The position numbers and the translations under genes were made by a program. The notes under the pieces were generated by a model. It was not told the origin of the DNA. It ran no database searches and worked only from the letters and a program-made list of their open reading frames with translations. DNA of 64,000 nt from Squalus acanthias. Taxonomy: Eukaryota. Below are positions 25,201-40,200 of the stretch, in pieces (position 1 is the stretch's first letter; every line of letters starts with the position of its first letter). The DNA is taken from contig CM059433.1 in the NCBI GenBank assembly GCA_030390025.1, positions 27,902,001 to 27,966,000 of the forward strand, read 5' to 3'.

Positions 25201-28200
25201 CAATAAGATCACCTCTCATTCTTCTAAATTCCAATGATTATAGGCCCAGCCTGCTCAACCTTTCCTCATAAGTCAACCCCCTCATCTCTGGAATTAACCT
25301 AGTGAATCGTCTCTGAACTGCCTCCAATGCAAGTGTATCCTTCCTTAAATAAGGAGACCAAAACTGTACACAGTACTCAAGGTGTGGTCTCACCAATACC
25401 CTGTACAGTTGTAGCAGGACTTCCCTGCTTTTATACTCCAACCCCTTTGAAATAAAGGCCAACATTCCATTTGCCTTTTTGATTACTTGCTGTACCTGCA
25501 TGCTAACTTTTTGTGTTTCATGCACAAGGACCCCCAGGTCCCTCTGAACTGTAGCATTTTGTAATCTCTCTCCATTTAAATAATAATTTGCTTTTTTATT
25601 TTTCCTGCCAAAGTGGATAACCTCGCACTTTCCCGCATTATACTCCATCTGCCAAATGTTTGCCCACTCACTTAGCCTGTCTATATCCCTTTGCAGGTTC
25701 TTTGAGTCCTCTGCACAACTTGCTTTCCCACCCATCTTTGTAACATCCGCAAACTTGGCTACATTACACTCGGTCCCTTCATCCAAGTCATTAATGTAGA
25801 TTGTAAATAGTTGAGGCTCGAGCACCGATCTCTGTGACACCCCACTAGTTACCTTTTGCCAACCAGAAAATGACCCATTTATCCCGACTCTCTGCTTTCT
25901 GTTAGTTAGCCAATTCTCTATCCATGCCAATATATTACCCCCAATTCCGTGAGCTCTTATCTTATGCAGTAACCTTTTATGTGGCACCTTATCGAATGCC
26001 TTCTGGAAATCCAAATACACGACATCTACTGGTTCACCTTTGTCCACCCTGCTCGTTACCTCCTTAAAGAACTCCAGCAAATTTCCCTTTCATAAAACCA
26101 TGCTGACTCTGCTTGACTGCATTATGATTTTCCAAATGCCCTGCTACTGCTTCCTCAATGAAGGACTCCAGCATTTTCCCAACGACAGATGTTAGGCTAA
26201 CTGGTCTATAGTTTCCTGCTTTCTGTCTCCCTCAAGGTGGAAAATATGCGGATTCTCACGTAGCCAGAGTGAAAGACAGGTATAAAAAAAGTGCGGGGGG
26301 GGAGGGGCTAGAACAGATACGTTAGAATTCAACAAGGCTTGACCAACCGTTCCTCTCCGGCTCGAAACCTGTGAGACGGTGAATTCTCCGGCAATTCCTT
26401 TTTACCCTAAGTGTCTGAAGTATATGTGTAACTATTATTCGTAATAGTTATCACTGTATATGTGTAATTATTATTAGTAATAGTTATCACTGTATATGTG
26501 TAATTATTAGCAATAGTTATTGTATACGTGTAATAATGGTTATCATTGTATGCTTAATACCTATGAAAGCTTTTGAACACTATTATCTTGTGGAATAATT
26601 TGTTCACTTACAAGTAAAAACATCCATTCCCGAACACAACAAACTCTAACTAGCCAACCATCTGACTAGCATATCAGTCAGTGACATGCTGGGAAAGGTA
26701 GAAATGTACTGAGAGTCCTCCCATTGACATTACTTTGCTAAGTAACACTGCTGTTCTATAGTTATAGAATCAGAACTAATCAAACTCTTTCAAGACCACT
26801 GCTTCATTACTTGCAAAAACACTTTTACCCAAGGCCCTATTTTGAAATGCATCTGCCCAGGATTTCTTCATATATAATCAGACAGCACAGAAGGAGGCCA
26901 TTTTGCCCATCGTGTCTGTGCCGGCTCTTTGAAAGAGCTATCCAATTAGTCCCACTCCTCCGCTCTTCCCCATAGTCCTGCAAACTTTTCCTTTTCAAGT
27001 ATACATCCAATTCCCATTTGATAGTTGCTATTGAATCTGCTTCCACCACCCTTTCAGGCAGTGCATTCCAGATCATAACTTGCTGCATAACAAAAAATGT
27101 CCTCATCTCCCCTCTGGTTCTTTTGCCAATTATCTTAAATCTGGGCCCTGTGGTTTTAACTCTCCGACAGTGGAAACAGTTTCTCCTTGTGTACTCATCA
27201 AAACCCCTCATGATTTTTAACACCTCTGTTAAATCTCCCCTTAACCTTCTCTGCTCTAAGGAGAACAATCTTAGAAAGTTAATATTTAATAAGCTTTAGA
27301 AGGTTAATATTTGCCACCTCTTGTACAATGACGTCTGAAGAGCTCTGCATTCTGCGCCGTTTGACTGGGGACTTCTGCTGGGAGTCGACCATGGCTTTGT
27401 ACGTCATCAGCTGAAGTTCATATTCCTGTGATCGGAAAAAGGGACAATTGCTCACATTTCATACTAAAGCAAAGTACCATGGATGCTGGAAATCTGAAAT
27501 ATAAACAGGAAATGCTGGAAATACTGAGCATTTACAGCCTTCCAGACTCAACATTGAGTTCAACAATTTCAGATCATAACCACTGCTCCCATTTTTTCGG
27601 ACAGCGGGTGCTGGTAATGGTTCTGCTGTTGCCATTTACACCTCCTCTAGACCAACATTTTGTTTCTTGTCCCATTACCATCTCCTTTTTCCTTGCACCA
27701 TCATCCCTTTTGTCATTGAATCATTCCTGCCTTCCACCCTATCAAAGATCTTCTCATTTGTTCTTTCCTCCCCCTCACCTCCTTTCCCTGCCTCTGCACT
27801 TGCTTATTGCCTGTTACAGCTCTAACCTTTTCCAGTTCTGACGAAAGGTCATCGACCTGAAACGTTAACTATTTCTCTCTCCACAGATGCTGCCTGACCT
27901 GGAGAGTGTTTCCTGAATTTCTGTTTGATCACATTGCTTTATTGACTCGTTCAAAGCCCCGTCACTAAAACCCGGCCAAGGAGCACGATTGGTCTCATTG
28001 ATCATGCTTCATCTTTCTTCCAAACCTCAGAAGCTCCAACAACCATAAAAGAAACAAACCACTGAGCAGTAGTTCATTCTTCAACATTCAATAGGTGTCA
28101 GCTGTGGCTCAATTGGTAGCACTCTCACCTCATAGTCAGAAGGTTGTGGGTTCAAGTCCCACTCCAGAGACTTCAGCAAATAATGCCGGCTGACACTCCC

Positions 28201-31200
28201 AGATGTAGTACTGAGGGAACATTAGGAACAGGAGTAGGCCATTCAGTCCCTCGCGCTTGCTCCGCCATTCAATGAGATCATGGTTGATCTGTACCTCAAT
28301 TCCATTCACCTGCTTTTACTCCATATCCCTCGATACCCTTACTTAACAAAAATCTATTAATCTCAGTCTTGAAAGCTCCAATTGACCCCCAGCCTTTGGG
28401 GGGGGGGGGGGAGAGTTCCAGATTTCTACTCCCCTTTGTGTAGAAAGGGTCTTCCTGATTTCAGCTCCTGAATGGTCTAGCCCTAATTTTAAGTTTATGC
28501 CCCCTTGTTCTCTATTCCCCCAGCAGAGGAAATAGTTTCTCCGTATCTACTCATCAACTCCATTTAACATTTTAATCACCGCCATCAGTACACCCCTCAA
28601 TCTTCTAAGCTCAAGGGAATACAAGCCCAGTCTATTCAACTTCCCCTCATAATTTAACCCTTTTAGCCCCGGTATCATTCTGGTGAATCTGCACTGCACC
28701 CCCTCAAGGCCAATATATCCTTCCTGAGGTGCGGTGCCCGGAACTGAACGCAGTACTCCAGATGATATCTGACCAAGGCTCTGCACAACAAATATTCAGC
28801 ATTAGTTCATTTGTCAGCATTCATTAAAGAGATTCCTATTGGGGTAAAGATTGTTCTGTAAATTTCAGAGCCTCAAATGGCATAGTTCCACTGTTTAATC
28901 AGGTTGCACTGAGAGAAAGACATCGGAGGAGATTATGTCTAGCCTTCAACAAACTGATAACCTCAACCATAGAATCATTGAATGATACAGAACAGAAGGA
29001 GGTCATTTGGCCCATTGTGCTTGTCCCAGCTCTTTGAAAGAGCTATCCAATTCATCCCACTCCCCTGCACTTTCCACAGAGCCCGGCACATTTTTGCCCT
29101 TCAAGTATTTATCCAATTCCCTTTTGAAAGTTACCATTGAATCTGCTTCCACCGCCCTTTCAGGCAATGCATTCCAGATCACAACTCACTGCGTAAAAAA
29201 AAAATTCTCATCTTCTCTCTGGTTCTTTGTCCAATTACCTTAAATCTGTGTCCTCTGGTTACTGACCCTGCTGCCAGTGGAAACCGTTTCTCCTTATTTA
29301 CTCTATCAAAATGCTTAAATTACTTTAAATGAAATATATCCATTTGACTCCAACTGAATTTCCCACCTTACCTTTACAGCAGAGGAATATTCATCAGAGT
29401 ATTTCTGACATTCGTCCATTCTGCCCTGTTTCAGCTCAACCTCAGAAGCCAACATCTGCAATAAAATGAGGAACAATTGAACTTTTTTGTAGCCAGAGAT
29501 GACTCTTCAATTTTGTTTCCATTTTGTTGAATAAATGTCCTCTATATATTCGAAATTGATAGGCCTTTAAACAAATTTGTTCGTATGATTTGACATCCCA
29601 GCATTTATAACTGTAACTAGCAGCACTTCCAAATCTGGTCAGCTTGCATTTAGTATAAACCAATCACCAATATTATAAACCTCTTGCAAGATTCAAATCA
29701 TCCTTGGTTGCAAAGAAAAAAATCTTATTTTGGCAATATTATCTTAAAAAAAAAGTTCCATAGCAGTTAATACAAAAGGAATAGAAGGTAATGGGCCAGA
29801 GTTTGCTGGATCGGGGCATCTCGCAGCGTGCCCAGTTAGTTAGACTTAAACTCACTGTTATTTTGGCAGCAAATTCTGGCCCTTTAAGTTCACGTCTTCA
29901 GTAATCAAGTATTGAATGACATTCACTGTGCCATCTTAAGCGCAGCAAGTATCTAAACGCTCACTGCCCATTGCTCAAACATTATTACTTAACACAGCAT
30001 GAATTGTTAACGAGCGGGCTACCTTTTGTTGGTTGAGTTCATCAGCGAGGGCTCGGATATCTTCTGGCTGACGTTCTTGCATCTTCTGTTGCGTGGCTTC
30101 CATTTCTTGGATCCATTGATCAAGGTCTTTGTAACAGTCTCTGTACCAGTTCAGGGATATGCTGATGCTCTCAAGCTCATGCAGCCTGAAAGCAGAGAGG
30201 ATGACTTTCTAATACTTGACCCCTGGGTTTGGTTCTTCACCCTTACTGCACCCGAACCCGCTCGCCATAATTCAAGCCGAGTTGTGATTGATCTTGGTTC
30301 TAATGTACAATATAGTGATACAGGAAACTCTTTATTAACCAGCACCGAAGGGACCGGCGTGGTGCCGGTTAATCAAAAAGTCCGGATAACGGAGGTTTAT
30401 ATCTCCCAACGTACGAGAGCCCCATACACATTGACATGTACCTGCATTCGGAGCTCCGTCTCCCCGGGGACCGCCAGCTGACCATCTGTCGTGTCCGCTG
30501 CCTACCCGGGCTGCACATTCCCCTCCCAATCTACACGCTCCGATACAAGGCAAACGCCTCGGGGGTTTTTTTTAAGTGAATTTTAAACGAGAGATGAAGG
30601 AAAACCTCGGTTACCTACTCAAGAATTTTGCCGGTTAAGAGAGATTTCCGGATATTTGGGTGCCGGTTAATAAAGAGTTTCCTGTACGTTCCCTATATAA
30701 AAAGGATTTTCTTAGCTTCTTCTAGGTTGCCTCCCTCTCTTCCATTGTTTCCTGATTGCCAAGCCTCTGCTAATCCCATTGGACCTCGAAGGTTCAAGCT
30801 AATCCTTCCCAGAAATTCCCTACCTCCACAGGCAGAGCTTCATTTACCTCGTCTTGCTGATTTGGGAACTTGCCTCTGAGTCAGAAGATTGTGGGTTCAA
30901 GTCCCACTCCAGAGACCTCAGCACATAATCCAGGGTGACACTCCAGTGCAGTACTGAGGGAGTCCTGCACTGTCGGAGGTGCCATCTTTCAGATGAGATG
31001 TTAAACTGAGGCCCCGTCTGCCCTCTCAGGTGTATGTTAAAGATCCCATGGCACTATTTTGAAGAAGAGCAGGGGAGTTCTCCCCGGTGTCCTGGCCAAT
31101 ATTTATCCCTCAACCAATATCACTAAAAACAAATAATCTGGTCATTATCACATTGCAGTCTGTGGGACCTTGCTGTGTGCAAATTGGCTGCTGTGTTTCC

Positions 31201-34200
31201 CACATTACAACAGTGACTACATTTCAAAGGTACTTCAAGCGCTTTGGGATGTCCTGAGGTTGTGAAAGACGCTATAGAAATGCAAGTCTTTTTTTCTTTT
31301 AACTCACTCACTAGGACAGCTGTCTATTGGGTCGTCTGAGCACCAGCCCACAGCTATCATCCCTATAGAACAGTGGCATTTTTACCCATTGCCCAGCAAC
31401 TTTTACACTTTTCAAGCGATAGGAAGCTCCATTCCTCTCCCCATAACACAGCCAAAATGGTACTTCCACAATTCACCAGTTCTGGAGGGCATGCAGTTAG
31501 AAATGGTACAGACCTGTTGTCAATTTGGGAACGAACGCTCTCCCATCTCTCAGCCAACTGAACTGCCTTTTCCTTGTGCCAGTCCATGTCCATGTCACGC
31601 TCATTGTGTGCCCTCAGCATGCGCTCACTGACGGCCTTTCCTTTCTGCAGTTCGTCTTCTAGTGAATGGAAGACTTCCCGTCTCTCGTCCACTTCAGTCC
31701 GCCATTGCTGTTGAGGAGTGAAGTGCAGGAGGGTGAGTGCATGTAAAGACTGAATTCTCTAGAAAAGAGAAGGCTGAGGTGTGACCTGATAGAAGCAGTT
31801 CAATCGGGTAGATGTAGGGAAGATGTTTCCACTTGTGGGGGAGACCAAAACTAAAGGCCATAAATATAAGGTAGTCACTAATAAATCCAAAAAGGAATTC
31901 AGGAGAAACTTCTTTACCCAGAAAGTGGTTAGAATGTGGAACTCACTACCACAGGGAGTATTTGAGGCAAATAGCATAGACACGTTTAAGGGGAAACTAG
32001 ATCAACACATGAGGGAGAAAGGAATAGAAGGTTATGCTGATAGGGTGAGATGAAGAAGGGTGGGAGGAGGACTGTGAGGACCAGAGACCTGTTGGGCCGA
32101 ATGGCCTGTTTCTGTGCTTTAAATTTTATGTAACTCTATGTAATTTTCCAAGTTTTTATATTTGATAGGAAAATCTTCATTACCTTCAATGTATTCTGGA
32201 GCGATTGAATAGCCTCCGTGTCAGGTGGTACTGCATCTTCCTCACCCAGTTTAGTCTCATACTGTTTAACAAGAGCCTCTGCTTCTTGGGTATTTTTAAC
32301 AATCAAATTGACAGTCTTCAACCTGTAGTTGGAAACAAAGTTTACTTTAAGCTCCTGCCATGAACAGAGAAAACATTGCATCAGCCCCATGGTTTTTAAC
32401 TTTTGCTTTGAAAAAGATCTTTATTTACAGGACTGCTCCCTGGATTCTGCCCCCGCGAACCTCCCCCTCCCCACCGCCCCCAAACAAACGAGCAAGCATT
32501 GGGACCGTCAAGGAGTATCCATACATCCGACCCTCGTCCAAAGCCGTGGCTCAGTTGGTAGCACCCTCGCTTTGGAGTCAGAAGGTGGTGGGTTCAAGCC
32601 CCACTCCACAGACAACAGCACAAAGGAGGTGCCATCTTTCGGGATCAATGGCTAAACCGTTTAAGTTAAATTAAATGGTTTAACCTCGTCAGGTGAACGG
32701 AAAAGAAGAGCAGGGGAGTTACCCCGGTGTCCTAGCCAATATTTATCCCTCAACCAACATCAGTAAAACTGATTATCTGGTCATTATCACAATGCTGTTT
32801 GTGGGAGCTTGCTGTGCGCAAATTGGTTGCCGTGTTTCCTACATTACAACAGTGACTACACTTCAAAAGTGCTTCATTGTCTGGAAAGCGCTTTGGGGAC
32901 TCCTGAGGACATGAAAGTCACTATAAGTCATTTTAAAGAAAGGATGAACGCCATAAACATGAATATTCTTTTCTATAAAATAGAATCCCTCCCTTCAAGT
33001 TAGGTCATGCCGATTTTTTTTTTTAAAGTAAAATTATCGGCAGGAAGAATTTGCTGCTCTAATTATAAACAGTTGCATTCTTGGTGAAAGAAAACCAATC
33101 AAGAATTTTTGGCGCGCTTTTATAGATCCAGACAAAAGTTATTTGAACATAGATTTAATGCAGAGGGAACTCATTGTTATTCCTCTCCGAACCAGGCGCA
33201 GGTTTTCGCTTCGTTCGTGAACACAGAGCGTGAGGTGAAGTGTTGACGTTCCTCCTCGGGCCCACTGGTTTGGATTTGTAGCGCACATCCATCCCGTCCT
33301 TCTGTCTGCCTTCCCCAATGCACAAGAGCATGAAACATTCGCATTCGTCTCTGAACTTGACCGCACTCAACCCGAGAATCCGACACTACCACCACCTTAA
33401 ACGCTTCGGTTCAAGAAAAAATATAAGCCAATATAAGTGGGACAATCAACTACGGCGAGACCTGTACAAACAGGCACTCCCAAAAAACAGACACCTGCCT
33501 AAAACAGACACTTATCGAGAGACCCAAATAACTTACGTGGTAAAATATACACGAGGCACTCTGAAACCACAGACACTTACAAATTACAAACTACGGACAC
33601 AGCCTTCAATGTACCAAGCCCTTTTACAACTTAAAACACGGGGCTCGCAGGTCAGCCCGAGGCGTTAGTGGCTTTTGTGAAAGAAACGGCATTAATGGAA
33701 CGGCAAGCTCTTCACCCAGCGTGCACAGCGGCAGAGAAACCACTCTCTCTGGGATTGAATGCTTGCACGGCTCTATCCCAGGGACAGAGTGGTAAAGAAC
33801 TCACCATTCGACTGAATTTTTTTTTTTTAAAAACAGTACCTACAATGACTGTTATGAAAATAGGGACACCTGCAAAAATGACAGCTGACGCCAGTCCCCA
33901 AGGCTTCACTGTAATTTGTTACGATTCAACCAACAAAAAAAACCGTACAAACTATTTCATCATTATTCGCTGGGAAAGATGACATTTATAAAGACTGAAT
34001 CCTTACTTATCCAAATAAATGGAGGACAACGAGTACACTTGATTGAGATTCTGCAGCACCACGCTCAGCTCTGTACGTAGGGTCGGAGCTGCAGACGAAG
34101 AAGCTTGCCCAAAGAATTTGTCGCACTTTTCAGTCACTTTCTCCAGATCCACAATAAGCTCCTCCAGCTCGCTCTTCAATTTCTGGTGAGAGAAAGATGC

Positions 34201-37200
34201 AAGGGCAGTTAGCGCGGTACGATGATGTAGAGCTTACGGCGCCAGACTAATAATCCAGAGAAAGTGAGTCCAAATCCCACCGTGGCAGTTTGAGAATTTG
34301 AATTCAGTTTAATAAAAAAAAAAATCTGGAAATAAAAAGCTGGCATCAGTAAAAAGTGATCATGTCGGATTGTCGTAAAAACCCAACTGGTTCACTCATG
34401 TCATTATCAGGTCTGGGCCGATGTGACTCCTGTCCCACACCAATGTGGTTGACTCTTAACTTCCCTCAGAAGTGACCTAGTAAGCCCCTCAGTATAGTCA
34501 GGGGCAACTAAGGATGGGCAATAAATGTCAGCCTCACCAATGGCATCCACATCCCAAGAATAAATATTAAAAGTCTCACAATGTTCCAACGGAACTTTAG
34601 AATAAAATTACTTTGAACAGTAATTCCGATGTTTATTGAAGTATTAATAAAATAGTACGTTGGGACAGGATTTTAAATACAGGGAGTGGGGCAGAGTCTT
34701 CGAAAACTGACCTCTTGCTCGGAGATTCTTTGCACACTCTCCTGTAGGTCATCTCTTTCCAGTGGTGTGCGGATTTGACGTATCAGGCGCTTCTCACAGT
34801 TCTCCACGCGCAATCGAATGTTCCGTACCTCCGAGATGAACAGGTTGCCAGCGGATTCCTCTTGCTCCTCTGGTTTAGTGGGAAAAGGTCAAAATGTTGG
34901 AATGTACGATTTGTTACGAAAAGGAAAAAGTCAACAGGCCCACAAGAGCATCCCTTTCTCGCTAAAACCAAACCCCTTTTTAACCTTATCCCCCAATCCC
35001 TTCCCTCACTAGAAACACATTCAAGTCTTTCTCAATCCCGCTTATGGCGCCCAATTCAATGGTCTTTCATGCAAGTTATTCTTACTATTTATTCCCCTTT
35101 CAGTGAAACCGTTCCACCAGATTATCAAAACTCGAGTGTGTGTGTTTGTGTATGTGTGTGCGCGTGTCTGTGTCCTTGGTATTTGAACTGTTGGCAACTG
35201 TGAACAATGTGTTTGGACAAATTCAACTTAAAAGATGATTCCCAAACATAATATCCCCATGGAAGGTGTTACCGGCTCGTGTGGTGGGTGCTGACTCTCT
35301 GCCTACCTTCAAGAGGTTCCTGACTGGGGCAGAGATCACATCATACAGAAGGTAAGTGTCTTTATGGATAACACTTGGCCCGTGTGATCTCCTGGATTGG
35401 TTTCCAGCAGCTGAAGGGGGTCGCAGAGGAATTTTCCAGATTATCTTTTCCCTTATTGGCCCTGGTTTTTTTCCGCCTCTCCCAGCAGATTACACGGCTG
35501 CGGGAGGGGTGCAGGGGGCTGTGCAGGAAGCGTTTAGTTGTGATACTCCGGCCATCGTGAGTGTGGGGCAGGCTTGATGGACCAGCTGGTCTTTTCCTGC
35601 CCTTCAATGTCATATATTCGTGCGATGAGAAACCTCGCAGTTTACTTCAAATATCCTGCCTGGAATTTCCATGTGACTTGCCTCCTTCCTCTGACTGTAA
35701 CTTCAGCAGAAACCCCGCAAATGGCCAGTGCTGCCGTTTCTCCGGGGTTTCCGCCGATGTTACACCCAAGATTCATCGGGGGAACTCCGTGGAATTTCTA
35801 CCCCGCTCTCCCCAGTGTTACTCTGTGTTGTCCTGGGAGGAGCTTTGATGGCTGGAGGATGCAGTCAGAGAGAAAGCGATTTACAGACAGACACTTGGAG
35901 ATGGGGCCATTGATGTCCCAATGTGCCAAGCAAGTAGAGGAGGAGGAGGGCAGGGTCGGGGAGAAGCAGTTACACGCTGACTGCTGCATCTGGAGTTCCC
36001 AATTTCCTCAGGTTGCGAGGGGTGGGAGAACCATTTAAAAATCAGAGGCAACTGCACTTCACGTGCACCTCGTAACATGTGAGAATCCCTTCACCTCCTG
36101 GCTGGCTGGGCTCTCACTCAAATAAGCTCCAGAAGGTTAAATGTACACAGTTTAACATTTTTATTGGCACAATCTTGTCCAGTTACCTCTTTCTGCCGAT
36201 TTGAGCAGATCTTCGTAATACTGTTTGCAGAACTTGACTTCTCTCTCGAGCTGGTTGCCGTCGGTGACCAAGAAGGCCTCGGACTCCTGACTGTCTTCCA
36301 GGAAGTCCTTGAGGTGCTCCTGAAGACTGCTGAGCACCTGCTGGTGTTCACCGGGCAGCATGGTCTTTATCTGTGCAAAGAAAACACTTCATGTGAAGAC
36401 CATGGGGAATAAAATGTCCAGGACTTCTCTCACCTCTTCAGGTACAAAAAAAACCAGACAGACAATCATAGTTACATAGTATTTACAGCACAGAAATAGG
36501 CCATTCGGCCCAAAAGGTCCATGCCAGTGTTTATGCTTCACACGAGGCTCCTCCCACCCTTCTTCATCTAACCCTAGCAGCGTATCCTTCTATTCCTTTC
36601 TCCCTCGTGCATTACCTTTAAACGCATCCATGCTAATCGCCTCAACTACTTCCGCATTCTAACTACTCTCTGGGTAAAGAAGTTTCCCCTAAGCTTAGAT
36701 CAATTCCACTTTCACTTTAGCAACACTTAGGGGAATTTGGTTTTGCACTTCAAAACATCAAATCTCAAATGACAAATTGTAGGGCTTCATTGCTTATATT
36801 TAAAATGCATTCCTGAAATTTCAGAATAATCCAGAGACAGGATCAGCTTCCTTGCACCTGTGAATCAGGGGATTAATTGCATTCTTGAGAGTCTTGAGGT
36901 AAGTGTGAACAAGGGCACTCAGAAACTTGCCAAACATTTTTTTTCCTACAGCCGGTTAGGGTCCAAATGACTAGACTGCAACAACAACAACTTGTATTTA
37001 TATAGCGCCTTTAACATAGTAAAATATGGCACTTCACAGGAGTGTTATCAGACAAAAGTTGACACCAAGCCAAAGAATGAGGCATTAGGACAGGTGACCA
37101 AAAGCTTGGTCAAAGAGTTAGGTTTTAAGGAGGGTCTTAAAGGTGGAGAGACAAAGAGGTTTAGGGAAGGAATTCCAGAGCTTAGGACCTAGAAAGCTGA

Positions 37201-40200
37201 AGGCACAGCCGCCAATGGTGGAGTGATGACAATCAGGGATGGACAAGAGGCCAGAGTTGGAGGAACACAGAGTTCTCAGAGTGTTGTAGAGCTGGAGGAG
37301 GTTACAGAGATAGGGAGGCGGGGACCCAATACAATGGCTTCGGTCTTCACAATATTTAGTTGGAGGAAATTTCAGCTCATCCTAGGACTGGATGTCGGAC
37401 AAGCAGTGTGATGTATTAGAAATAGCGGCGGGGTCGGGAGAGGTGGTGGCGAGGCAGAGCTGGATGTCGTCAGCGTACATGTGGAACCTGACGTTGTGTT
37501 TTCGGATGATGTCGCCGAAGGGCAGCATGCAGATGAGAAATAGGAGAGGGCTAAGGATAGATCCTCGGGGGACTCCAGAGGTAACGGTGAAAATGAAGAA
37601 TGAAACAGAATTGGAAGATGTCAAAAATACAGCAGGTTAGTGCATGCTTGTGAAGAGAAAAGATAGGTAGAGACCTTTGTCAGAACTGAAAAGACAATGA
37701 AAGACAAGAAAATGCAAGAAATTGGTTGGCAACAAGCCTGCAGATACAGAAGGTCAGGAACAGAAACACAGAAAATTCAGGAAAAACAGCCACAAAAAGA
37801 GAAAAAAAACAGGGTCAAATCTCACCCCCTCACCCCCAACCCCACACAGAACTGAGTTCTGAACAACAATCTATACCCAACACCTAAAACAGCTTCCCCT
37901 GGACATGGACAGACCCCACTCCACATGCCCGACACCTCCAGTTGTTAAGGAGACGGGGGGATGATTGAGAAACACTTCCTAGTGGGAGCGCAGGATCACA
38001 AGAGTGGCCAGATTCGTCCTGACAGCTGCATTAAGCCTGGTTTGAAAAAAGATGGTGAAGTAACAGTGGGAATGGGATGGGGAAGTTTAAAGTAGTGAGG
38101 CACAGATCAGGCAGGGCAGATTTTTTTTGGTTTCTAGCTAATTTCAGGCAACGTCAATTTAACATTTCAAAACGGAGACGTATAGGTTTTTGTTAGGCAA
38201 GGATATTAAGGGTTACGGAACTAAGGCGGGTAAATGAGTTAAGATACAGATCAGCCACGATCCAGTTGAATGGCCTACTCCTGTTCCTAGCGTAAGGAGT
38301 TTCCCCCCCCGCCACCATTTTACATATGTAATGAAGCATTCCAATCAGTATAATCAACATCAGCACAAATGGAATTCACGTCATACTCTACGCACACAGG
38401 AGAAATACTTACTGAGGAAACATTCCAAGCACGGATGGTTGAGATTTCGTTCATTAGATAGTGCCAGGATACAACACTCTTCATGTTTATGTGTGACTGG
38501 TGCCAAAGTGCCAAAACATTCTGATAGAGCTGTTCAATTCTGAGAAGGAAACAAAAAGTGGATATTTCACTAAATTCGCCGTTTTAAAATGAAGAGCATC
38601 TTGGTCAATCAAAGTTAAGGGTGTCGACTCTGGGGGAATGGATCATTTCCACTGTCATCTCCGAGTCTCAGCGTCAAAGCATTATTGGTTTAGGTCAAGT
38701 ATAAAGCTGCTTGGTGGAGCATCAAGACTCCTTCAGTTGTGTCCCAACTGTGAGCGCTCACAACGGTTCAGACAAGCACTACCCCCATCGCACCATTTTC
38801 CACTTCAGTGCGGTGATCAAAGAGCGCTGCATTATCAGAGCCACCATCTTGCAGATGAGACATTACAACCGAGGTCCCATCTGCCTGTTCTGGTGGTTCA
38901 GGTGGACATTAAAGATAGCTCTTCAGAGCAGGAAGCTCTCTTGACACCCTGGCCAATGTTCTTCCCTCAACCACTGCCAAAGAGAGACTAATTGGTCATT
39001 CCTGTCATTGTTGTTCACAGAGAATTGCAATGTTCAAAATGGCTGCCACATTCAGCTACCTAACAGGCATGACTGCACTTCAAGGGTATTTGAAGCACTT
39101 TGAGCACCATTTGACAGATGTGATTAAGTGCTACACAAATGCAAGTCTTTATGCTCTCACTAACAGGCAGCTTTTCCCTTTGAGCCCACATTATGTGATG
39201 GACTGAAACAGCCCAAAACTACGCCGTTTGAAGTTCTTACAGCCAATGGAGAGCAATGACATTCATCCCCACTAATTCTGGAATGAAAATAATCTAAGGC
39301 CCAAAAGTGGACAGAGAGTGTGCTACCTCGCTTTACCACCCAGCCTCAGACATGAGTATACACAAAATAATGGTCAAGTAATAAACTGCCAAGACTAAGA
39401 GGAAAGGAGGCTGTTAGCCAAACAGTTAATGGGTTTTCTCTAAATGATAAGTGGAGTTACATTGGAGAGTTTGGTCAGTCCTCAGTCAAACCACAAGGTG
39501 GCCTACTATACACATGTAAAAACTATCATTGGGTTTTTACACTGGAAGAACTTGTATTTATATAGCGCCTTTCACGATCTCAGATTGCCCAAAGGACTTC
39601 ACAGCTGATGAAGTACCTTTGAAGTGTAGTCACTGTTGTAATATAGGAAACGCGGCAGCCAATTAACGCACAAACAGCAGCAAGATAAATGACCAGATGA
39701 TCTGTTTTAGTGATGTTGGTCGAGGGATAAATATTGGCCAGAACACCAGAGAGAACTACCCTGCTCCTCTTTGAAATTGTGCCGTGGGATCCTTTACTTT
39801 CACCTGAATGGGCAGACGGGGCCTCGGTTTAACGTCTCATCTGAATGGGCCAAGAGATAGGAGGACTACAAAACCAGATCTCAGAACACCCAAAAATCAA
39901 ACCTTCAGCTTTAGTTGATCAGTCTGGAGAATAAACAAACAGCAGATAAAATGTTTTATTTTTGTTTCTTCTGGATGACAATTGAACTGCCCACATTTAT
40001 AATACTTTGGTGCAGAGACGGTGCAGCAAAACACCTCTGAATAAGGACAATACAATGTGCATCATATATCTAGAGTTATCCGACTAGTCATATTAGCAAG
40101 TTCCGTCAAATTGTTGGGGAAACAATTGGCGCAAGCGTAATTTGACAGCAAAATTTGAAAAGATAATCAATAAAAAGGTATATAATAAAAAGGCCACGAG

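Noticed and set aside
28095..28170. tRNA genes (also at 407-470, 32540-32610, 50285-50360, 59065-59135)
   Set aside because: These are tRNA-derived SINE heads followed by SINE bodies, without a full cloverleaf.
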